Of a DNA stretch of 64,000 nucleotides, positions 54,474-64,000 are shown piece by piece. Position 1 is the first letter of the stretch; each line of letters begins with the position of its first letter. The notes under the pieces are model-generated. The model saw only the letters and a list, made by a program, of their open reading frames with translations. It ran no database searches and was not told the DNA's origin. The translations under genes and the position numbers were made by a program. The stretch comes from Cycas panzhihuaensis (Eukaryota > Plantae > Cycadophyta): NCBI GenBank assembly GCA_023213395.1, contig CM041465.1:39315741-39379740 (forward strand), written 5' to 3'.

Positions 54474-55020
54474 ATCTTATACATGGTATTTGAGTGTTTA
54501 AACTTTGATCTTAAACATAACTTAGATTTTGTCTACCAAAAGTATTAACATTTTCCCTAAACTTTATCAAGGGTTTCTCTTATTATCTATTGAAAGCTAT
54601 TACTCTTTATCATGAATGTGGCGCATTTCACAGGGATTTGAAAATTTTCTCTTGAATGTTAATGTTGGTCTAGTCAAAATGATTGATTATGGATTTGCAA
54701 AACCATTATAATATCAATTCTTTCCTACACTCAAGAAGTGGTGATGCTATGGTATAAAGCTTTTGAGATATTCTTGGAAGTAAAGAAATGTTCATTTGAG
54801 ATTGATGTGTGGTCAATTAGATGCATACTTGTTGAGTTTTTATAGAATGTGTCCACTGTGGATGCAACATGGTGAATTTGCTCAACTTATATAAATATTC
54901 ATATATTTAGGGACTCAAATTGAAGATATATAGCTAGGCATCACTAATCTAAAGAATTTTCATGTATATTCTCTATTTCATCCTAAAGCATGGATAAAAC
55001 TCCTTCCAGCATGGACAAGT
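54474..55020 (+). pseudogene. Intronless cyclin-dependent kinase (CDKB-like) pseudogene fragment, kinase subdomains IV-X
   Basis: Hand translation with frameshifts: ILYMVFECLNFDLKH...IKGFSYYLLKAITLYHECGAFHRDLK.NFLLNVNVGLVKMIDYGFAK...SYTQEVVMLWYKAFEIFL...IDVWSIRCILVE...GEFAQL..IF.YLGT..E....GITNLKNFHVY. SYTxE, EFxQL and HVY resemble plant CDKB. Confidence 0.85.
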
Positions 55021-55315
55021 ATGAACCTCATCAAATGGAACACACATGAAAACTGAGAACACATGAACATGTGAGGATTAATTAGATGGAGCATTAAAGG
55101 TTGATCAATTGATCAAAGAAGGCTATCAACTATTAAATAAGAATATTATTGCTAATCAAGGCTAAACTAATCACACTACGTATGCAACTCTTTAAGAAAT
55201 CATTACCAATTCAATAAAATTAGAATTAGGCCAATCATTGGCAATTCAACTTCATTAATCTCTACTAACCAAAGATTGATGGTTGATCAAAGATTGTTAG
55301 TGTTGGACATTGAGG

Positions 55316-55900
55316 ATTAATCACAATGTGGTTGATGGGTTTAATTGCTTCTAGTCACCATGGTCAATTGGAGATCAATTAAGTGACACTTGCTATTAAG
55401 TCACTATTGATTACAAAAGGTAGATTATGTCATATCTGATCAAGCAACACCCCATCGATAAAGTCATAGACAATCCTAGAGGGCTAATCTCCTAACACCT
55501 TGCACTCGTTGATCAAGAACAAATGACTAGCCAATCAAGTCATTATTGATCACAAAGGGTTGAACAAGTCATGGTCAAGCAATTAATCATGATGTGGCTG
55601 AGGGGTTCAATTACTGCTAGCCACCATGGTTTATTAGGGAAGATCAATTAAGTGGCACTCACTAATCATGTTACTAATGATCAAAAAAGGCAAATTAAGT
55701 CATGGTTGATCAAACCAACACCCTATTGATCAAGTCATAGCCAATCATAGAGGTTCAATCTCCTAACACCTTTCACTTGTTGATCAAGCACAAATGACTT
55801 GCCAATCAAGTCATTATTATTCACAAAGGTCTAATCAAGTCATAATTGATTAATTTAAAATCGTTGATCAAGCCATAGCTAATCACAAAGGATTGTTCAC
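55316..55900. repeat. ~266-bp tandem repeat (2 copies plus partial) built from TGATCAAGTCAT-like subunits
   Basis: attaatca..atgtgg at 55316 and 55582; shared ctcctaacacct, gttgatcaag.acaaatgact and caatcaagtcattatt. Confidence 0.85.
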
Positions 55901-56459
55901 CTGACATCTCAAACCTTCCAATCTAACACAAATGACTTAAGTACATCATAGGTATATTATTGATCCATCATCACCAATCGAGATTTGATTACATAAATGG
56001 CATTGCCAATCCACAATCACCACTGATCAAACATCATTGTCAACCAAGACCTGATGCTAATCAACCATTGTCAACCCCTTTTCATCTAAAACTAGATTAG
56101 TCAAACAAAGTCATCAAAACCACTAAATGAAGGCAATGATTACATCAATACAAAAGGGTTAAATTAAAAGTACTAAAACATAACATGTCAATTATATAAT
56201 ATTAAGAAAATGGATTGGAAGGTAACTAGCATAGGCTAATTTAGACAAAACTCTAACCCACCTCTAATGCTTCAACCATGCAAATTAGAGGGTAAGTAGC
56301 ACATGTTGATTTAGACAAAACTCTAACAAAAGGTAAAATTTATGCATTGATCTAAAGTTGATTCAACTTAGGCTCAAGTTATTCATTATAAGCCCCCAAA
56401 CCTCCTCATCCAAAGCTAAATGTGGTGGAGAATCAAGGATTGAGTTAGTTTGGCACCAT

Positions 56460-57130
56460 CACAATTACCCAAAGTTCGTACCACATGTGGCATTTTTCCA
56501 ATTTAGTTGACCAACTAGACAACCTTTGCACCAACACAACATTTGCATTAAGAGCTAGGAAGCTTATAAGTAGATGATAGACTGAGATAAGAAAGGTTGC
56601 TGGCATAATCATTGAAACACTAGTTCGATTAAGGAACAATAAGCACATGAACAAATATACATGTTAGTTAGATAAGCCAACCCCAATTAGATGGAGTTAA
56701 AGGGTTGTTGTGTATAAGGGAAAATGCAAAATCTCTTGTAAATGATATCTATATGGCCACCAATAGAACCAAAATGTTGTAGGGATGACTAGATTTATAT
56801 AATTCTAGAAAACCACAGTAAAGAGCTTGTTGTTATGAAACAAACCTTGTTTATGAAGTTAGATGAGTGGGGAACTTAGGTTTGAACAAAGAGGGGGATA
56901 AATGTTGGAACATTAGGTATACCACATTGTAAATGTGGTAATTAATGATCATTATGAAAGGCCATCCATCATTATAATAGAGTGTATTTAAATAGGTTGA
57001 TTGTAAGGGAAGTGGGCATCATAGGATGGATTGGAATGGAAGGGGCAAGTGTAAAGATTATGGCACTAGTCCTTATATTAAACTTGAGGGTGGGACTCAT
57101 TTGTTGTGATGATCATGTAATAAAGTTGAC
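56460..57130 (-). pseudogene. Possible highly decayed Pif1-family (Helitron-type) helicase fragment
   Basis: Degenerate motifs in Pif1 order and plausible spacing: YMII..QMS (~57100), SIIMMDGL (~56965), LTPSNWGWL (~56700), LLF (~56640), CVGAKVV*LVN and RTLG (~56530-56470). Reading them needs several frameshifts; no Walker A found. Confidence 0.3.
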
Positions 57131-60100
57131 ACTCTTTCTTGTACTAATATTATATTATAATTAATGCAAGAGGTGATGATTAATTGGTGTATTACATGCA
57201 AATTTCATACATTTGTATCATAGTATATGTCACTCTTCATGAATGATCCCATATTAATTGTTGTGTTATGAAGCATGTGGTCACATTATGATGAATCTTC
57301 AAATGTGACCATTACTTCTTCTTTTCTCTTTAAGAAATAAAATATAACATTAAACCTAAAGTGGAATGTATTATTTTGTTTTGCATGAAGTAGCTTCATA
57401 TGAGTCTCTAAGAGAGATCTTAGGACTTGAATTTGCACATGTTAATTTTATGATGAATATTTAGTGTAATTATAGTGAGTTATAATATGATGAGTTTTGT
57501 TCCTTGGTGGTGTTGTAAGTACCATTATGCTACAATTTGGTTAATGTAGTTGTAATCAATTAAGGTATATAGGTAACTCGATGGTATTAAATGTATCTTT
57601 AGTGGACAAAAGTTAAAGGTCGAAGGTCATGATAGTAGGTATTGTAGAGAGTTTGGCTTTTTGCATCTATAATGGTTGCCACGACCCACTTTTATATATA
57701 TATTATAGTGGTAATAGGAATTATCCATACTCGTATCTGTAATTTCTTCTTTCTTTGTGTATCAAATGCATTCCTATTATGATTTCCATTATGCTTGCTC
57801 ATGGCCAATAGCATTTATCACTAAACACCTCTATTAGTATTTTATGTTTGTTTGACTTATCTATACATGTTTTTCTTAATGTCAATTAAACCATAGAAGG
57901 GGCTCACCATATTGCAACTCTGGTTTATTTTGCTAACATATGTTAGTTTTTAAATATATGTGTTTAATTATCACTTAACCAATAGTTTTATTTTATTAAT
58001 AGCCATATGATCTATGATTTCATTAGAATGTTAGGTATATATGTGTACCCTTATTTATACATAATTTTCCTAACATCAATTAAGGTGTATGTATCCTTCT
58101 TTCTCTTTTATAATTAATGTTGTCTCTAAGACCATTAATTATCAATTAGTCATGATAATCTTGTAATATATTTCTCTATAAACCCCTTTTGAATATCAAG
58201 TGCATGTGTATATGTTTTATTAAGTTATTGAAGTGTTTCCCCCTTGTTTTGAAATTTCTTGCTTTTTATAGATTTCAAACATAGGAAGACAATGTATCGG
58301 AAAAAAAAGAATAAATATACTTCTTGAATTGTTTATTTGTACAATATAAATTTAAAATATTAATAAGAGTAATGTTACTAAAAATAAACAAAACAAAAGT
58401 AATTTAAAACGACACTAATTCTCAATAATTAATTAGTTAATTATGGTATATGATACTCAATAATTCTCCTCAATATAATTATACTTTATTTTGAAAATGC
58501 AAACATAGTCTTATTATCTCTATTTCTATTTTAAACACTTCATTTTTTATACTTTCTTTTAAAGGGAAACATACAGTCAACCTTCATTTTATCTAATATT
58601 TTGTTATTGTTGCAGCATTTCTTCTTTGGGATATTTAACAAGCTCAACCTAAGTGATTGTTGAACGACAATAGTATTTAAGAATGGAGTCAATGCAGATA
58701 TCGTCTAATGTTCAAAGTATCAACTGGGTAGGTGTATAAGCTTTTTATGAACTTTTGTTGTGTGGATATATCATTGGGAAATATAGATGGTCATCGTAAA
58801 ATTATTATTTATAGCAGCAAATAATGGAAAGAAAAATTAGTTTTATTATTTAATATATTTTAGGATGTTATTGTTGTGATGCCTTAGTTTTTATTAAAGC
58901 TTTCAAAAATGTTGTTGGAGATAATATTTCTTCATTGTTTGAGATAGTATTTCTTTCTTTTTTTTTTTTTTGCATAAATTTTCTGTATTACCCCATATTA
59001 TTTTTGTTTCTCATTAAGATCTTTATTCTTTATTTTTTGATACTAAGAGAATAGGCATCAACCATGCTTTGTAACTACCCCTGGTAGATGTGAATCTTCA
59101 CAACAATTGTCACCACGATAACCCTTGGGCAATGCACAAAGTTACTCTCTTCCACATCTTGTTGATAAATTATGGGAGATTTGACCCAACGACCCTGACA
59201 TCAACACCATGGACATTAACACCCATGAACCATTGCACCAATATTCCAAGGGGCAAGATTCTTCTTTATTGTGAGTTTTTTTATTGTTATATTTTTTTAA
59301 TTACCTTAAGTTTCTTCTAAATAAATAACCTCTTAGATTCCCTATTTATCTTAGTAAAATATACGACATTGTTTCAAGACTTGATTCATTTATCAAATTT
59401 TATGGGCAATATGAAAACCATGACCTTTTATATTTGAAGCATATCTAAAAGATATTAGTTCAAGCTTTAGTAGAAATTAGCCTTGCAAGCACATTATTGA
59501 CGTTCCGATTTTAAAACTAAACTCATCATATGTCCTAGTATGAAACTAATTCACATCTTAGTTGATATTTTATCATTTAAAATTGAAATAAATTTGAGTG
59601 GAGGGTTGATTAATTAAGCAATTTATGTCACTCGAATAAAATTGTGGAATTTTACACCTAAAAATTTGAAGAATCAAAGAGGCAGTCTTGTGTATGAGAA
59701 AAAAAAAAAAAAAAAACAAAATTTAACTAGTGAGGGGCTTGGGCCACTATCGGGGAAATGTTGACACTAGGGTATCATGTCAATATTTTTATGTAAGAAG
59801 GTGGGAATGGCCAATCTAAGGTTGCTAGCTTACATAGTATACTTATTAAGGATTGTTGTGTGGTCTCCCTTGGCACTACAACCTCAACCTTGTTAGCATG
59901 ACCTTTGTAACTTTAGTGGTCAAATTTGAGGTAAATTGTAGGGTTTGGAATAATTCAAAATGGTACAAGCAATGGAAAGATAAAGACCCTTATGGGTTCT
60001 CTAGAGGATATCACTCAACTGGTCACAGTTTCACAATACAATCTTAAAGAGTGAGTATAGAGTCAACCCACTTATTATTTAGTAATTATGTAACCCCTTA

Positions 60101-62193
60101 AATCACTTAATAGCTTAGGTTTTTATATATTAGTCTTAATAAATAAGGCACACTGATATGTCCACCCCTATTAGGGAACCATTCTTAGTTGGATGAGGGT
60201 TTGGCATACTAAGGGCCTCATTTATGTGAAGGGTCTTAGTTCAATAGTTTTTTAGTTGGGATATTAGAATAGGGTTTGATTTTAAACATCTAGGATATAC
60301 TTTAAGAATTTGGGAGACAATGACAGGTTAATGAAGTGGAAACACCCCAACAATAGTGTATTGTTTAATCTTTCCATTGTGACCAAAGTCATACCTTATG
60401 TATTGATTGAATGACACTTATTAGTGAAAGACATGGGGCAACACTAAAGATCTACTTAAACCTATGATCATTATGTGCGCCTTAAAAAAATGATTTATTT
60501 TTTGTTTGTTTTTCTTCTCTCTTTTGTTATTGGAAATTTCTTTTTAACCAATACATGCCCTCACTCTAAAGGAAAATGAAATGTAATCTAATACCTTTTT
60601 ACTAACATGAAATGCATCTAAATGAATTGGAATTTTTAGTCTTTAGTTTTCTAGTTAGAAGGAAAATTCCTTAGCTATTAATGCAATTAGATTCCCCTCT
60701 TGGTGCTTTTACTCCATTAAAAATAATAAAATTTTCATGTAGAAATATTGTCTTTTCTTAGATGCAAAATGTCAATATCAGATTCCCCTTTCTTTATTCC
60801 AAAGATAAATTGATGACCTATCATTGTACTTACAAAATGAACAAATCAATGCTTGTTTCTTATTTATACAAGTACCTATATTTTTACCTCTTTTATTTAC
60901 ATGAAATACATTAGAAAATGAAGTTAAACTTTAACCTTGGTTTTCTACTTGTGAAGAAATAAATAAAATAAAAATAAGTCCATGCAAAAAATGGTTTCCA
61001 TTTTGTACATTGGATGCAAAGTACAATGCTTGTTTTAATTTTTATTCTTTAAATATACCATTCAACACCTTGCATAAACAATGTAAATGCATGATATATG
61101 TAATACTCACCTTTTCATACAAAAATGTACTTTTAATCTTCCTCTTTTGCTACATGAAATTTAAACAATGCTACTTGTGTTTATACGATGTATAGTTTGT
61201 AATTTAATTAAATGAGAAAACATTGCTATGAAAAGATAAAATAAAAATAAATCAAAATTTCTTTTGTGAAAGTTGAAATAAATAAAAGGAAAAGAAAATA
61301 TGTGTGTGTGTGTATGATGATATGTGACTCCATAACACTAGAACCTACGGCTGATTGTAAATCACTAATCTATAATTTATTAACCACTTCTACCAATGCA
61401 CTCATCAAGAATTATATCAAATGAAAATTATTTTAAACAATCATTATTTTCCATGAAGAATTCTGAACATTTAAATACACAAAATAAATAAATAAATAAA
61501 ATATGAAATATATGTATATGTATGTTTGATTTAGGTGTATCTTCAAATATGTGAATATGTGGAGATAGAGGTCCTTTAGATGTATGCTAGATGGGTCATT
61601 TGGGGGGACTAAATATGCATAGCAATTGACAAACTTAAGAGTGCCATACATCAATGCAAAAGATTATATAATTGATGTGTATTCATCAACAAAAAGGATG
61701 TTTTGATTAAGGAAATAAGTAACTATATTTAATTGTAATTCGATTAAAAACTTCGTGTTTTTGTCATCAATGAATTAGAACATTCTTAGCTCATAACAAG
61801 AGAACATTGCATATAAGTTTAGAGCATGTTTATGGATAATAACATGTTGGAGGAATGTCTTGAGAGGCATTCCAAATCTATTGAGGGGTGGCGCTTAATT
61901 TCATGAAAATAGACAGCGTTTGAGCATTTGATTGCAATCTACAAACACATTTACCTATAGACTTTTGGCAAGTATTGATGGGCATCAATTGACTTATTCA
62001 AGTGCATGAAATCAAGCATTTAAATTACTAACAAGTGAATATAAATAGGCAATATAACACACATGATTCAACTAAGTGAAGGCTTTAAAATGCGTGAAGA
62101 AGAAGGGTATGAAAAATGTGATTGGAACACATTAATGGACATTCAAATGACATTGATTCAAAGCCTTAGAAACATATAAGTAGATGTCTAAAT

Positions 62194-62500
62194 TATGAGA
62201 AAGGCCAAAGGATTAGAGTACCTCAGACCTATAAAACCCAGATCATGAAGATAGTTCTCCTCTAGTTCTAAATAGCATAAGAGTAAAATTAAAGGATAAA
62301 TAAGACCAAGATCAAGAGAGTAAGATGCTACCAAAGAGTGAGCAGGAGGAATTAGTTCTACTCTAAATAATATCAATTGATTAGCAAATTAATAGCATAA
62401 CATTACACTTAAACTTTACATGTGAGACATGAGGAGAGGTCTCAATATATAGAGTAATTGAGGTTACCTAACACCGTTGGATGTTTGTGAAGTGGAAAAT
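62194..62500 (-). repeat. Partial LTR related to the Copia-2 LTR, cut by Gypsy copy C
   Basis: gaggagaggtctcaatatatagagt (~62431-62455) is the exact reverse complement of Copia-2 LTR actctatatattgagacctctcctc; the left end resembles the Copia-2 LTR 3' terminus. No PBS follows. Confidence 0.75.
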
Positions 62501-63326
62501 TGTTGACTTAGATTTGTTCCCACTACACTTGTGGGAATAGTGCACTTGTTAAGGTTACACGGCGTTATAGTCTAGTTCAGGATACTGTCAACATTGTCAT
62601 TCACATACATTCCATATATATTTCACAGAATGATATACAACAGTACATAAATCAATACATACTCAGCAAATTATCATCACAACACCAAGAATACACCATT
62701 TTCCACGTAACTCTTCCTTTTATTAAGTAATCAAGTCAATTTACACAAAGGCTGGAATGCATTCTAGCAGCATACAGTCTTTCTGTTACATGTGTGTACC
62801 TAGATGGTACTTATCATATAGTGATGCTCCAAATGGCTGTCATACATATTGTCTCCTGCACCTTTGCATACCCGTGATAATCGGCTCTCACCCTAAGCTG
62901 GTGAATCATGCGTACCTCCTTAAGTACTCATGGTGGTACCTTTTGGCTGAAGGGTTATGACTGCCTGTCATAACCGTACCCCTTCAGTCATGCATACCCT
63001 TTCACTTAATCAATTGTTTAGCACTTAATTAATCATCCTTTGTGTTCGTACGTCCGTACGTCTGGCATCTCAATAGGTCTTCACTGGTCCCTTTGAGTCA
63101 TGCGTACCGCTTCTGCTCGATTCCATTCCGCTGATACGACCGCTCATACGCACTGCTTCGTGCACGCACCTGCCATACATACCTAGAATGCTGGTTTTTC
63201 TGTCGTTTTGCTTTGTGCGTACCTCCGTATGGTCCGTACCTGCACAACTCGGGTTATCTGACCTACCTCTGGTCCTCACACAACCATTGAATCACTTTTG
63301 ACTCCAACATCTATCCCAGGTCAACA
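62501..63326 (-). repeat. Gypsy copy C 3' LTR (826 bp)
   Basis: 7-bp inverted termini; ends homologous to the copy A and B LTRs. Confidence 0.85.
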
Positions 63327-63403
63327 GTTATGGGTTTGAGTATCCTTGCTCAACAAAACTCCAAAAAAATCAAAATTTTAGGGTATCCCTCCCCCACTCT
63401 GTC

Positions 63404-64000
63404 TCAAGGCGGCTCCTGCTGCCTCTGTCCTCCCAAAATTTTCTCATTTATCTGTGTCAGGGTGGCAATAATAGCATCCTTCTCTTTTATTTTGTCCTGA
63501 AGGGCAGCTATCTCAGCTTTGTACCTTGCCTCCATTTCTTGAATCATTTGGATAATAGGTCCCGCTTTATCCTGTAGTGTAGGAGGTGCTGAAGGTTCTC
63601 CTGCCTCCATTGCTGGTGGGAAGTCTTCCCATTCTTCCCAGGATGCTTGTGCTTCCTCTTCCTCTTCTTCTGTTTCTTCTTCTCCCTTCTTCCTCTTTTC
63701 ACGACTATGAACAACTTGTTTCGTCTGATGAGGGATAGGTGTTCCTGGTGTTTTCTGTAGCCAAGTAAGCACCTTTTGCATCCGCTTTTGTACTCTCTGC
63801 TTTGCTTCTAGATTGGTTGTTGTGTCTGGAAATTCTGCTACCCACTGCTTAATAATTGGCTCCCGAGGAGAGATAGTAGTCCTGGTCAGCTGTACCTCTG
63901 GACACTGGTAGAATAAAATTTCCAGAAGCAATGAAGGATGGTGGAATGGATGTGTCCTAATCTCTTGTAGCTGCTGTCTCATGTTTTTCGCTAAGAACTC
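63404..64000 (-). CDS. Gypsy extra ORF (env-position, unknown function), C-terminal part; open to the window edge
   Basis: Stop-free for ~198 codons (EFLAKNMRQQLQEIR...); basic/acidic tract and a C-terminal coiled-coil-like segment; homologous to decayed ORFs in copies A and B. Confidence 0.75.
   Translation of the reverse strand, partial: EFLAKNMRQQLQEIRTHPFHHPSLLLEILFYQCPEVQLTRTTISPREPIIKQWVAEFPDTTTNLEAKQRVQKRMQKVLTWLQKTPGTPIPHQTKQVVHSREKRKKGEEETEEEEEEAQASWEEWEDFPPAMEAGEPSAPPTLQDKAGPIIQMIQEMEARYKAEIAALQDKIKEKDAIIATLTQINEKILGGQRQQEPP

Larger units (their letters stand above)
62501..64000 (-). mobile_element. Ty3/Gypsy copy C (TGTTGAC-LTR lineage), young; 3' end only in this window
   Basis: LTR 62501-63326 with intact TGTTGAC...GTCAACA termini and many CpGs; open extra ORF adjacent. 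Confidence 0.85.

Noticed and set aside
55316-55900. CRISPR-like repeat-spacer array
   Set aside because: Units are long diverged tandem copies without unique spacers, the context is eukaryotic, and there are no cas genes.
59699-59716. A18 run as a SINE or retrocopy tail
   Set aside because: No flanking TSD or upstream Pol III A/B boxes could be identified.
59750-60360. Possible solo LTR starting ggggaaa-TGTTGAC at 59759
   Set aside because: No further similarity to the A/B/C LTRs, and no confident right boundary or TSD.

Overview
AT-rich, plant-type (most like a large gymnosperm genome) intergenic window made almost entirely of nested, mostly decayed retrotransposons. I find no intact host gene, RNA gene or CRISPR array. 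Left to right: a gag-only (TR-GAG-like) LTR remnant (1-1615); a + strand non-chromovirus Ty3/Gypsy fragment (~2800-6415), cut by a - strand relative (6416-~11022); a second gag-only element (11023-~14700); a - strand chromovirus-like Gypsy (~14705-27995) containing a full-length Ty1/Copia (15229-26584), which itself contains a young, GC-rich, full-length RNase H-bearing L1 LINE with a perfect 14-bp TSD (19533-25791); a second full-length Copia with a ~2.3-kb leader (28466-36162) inside another Gypsy remnant; an old LINE (~37010-40620); a two-LTR - strand Gypsy (41591-54473) carrying a truncated Copia and inserted into an intronless CDKB-like kinase pseudogene; a ~266-bp tandem repeat, a possible Pif1 helicase relic and poorly resolved AT-rich DNA (55-62 kb); and a Copia LTR fragment cut by a young Gypsy running off the right edge. 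The most notable signal is a Gypsy lineage (LTRs TGTTGAC...GTCAACA, three copies plus a relative). It has a conserved hairpin instead of a polypurine tract next to the 3' LTR, an extra post-integrase ORF, an unassigned conserved domain between protease and RT, and a CGTAC-rich U3. Counts and identities were made by eye and are approximate.
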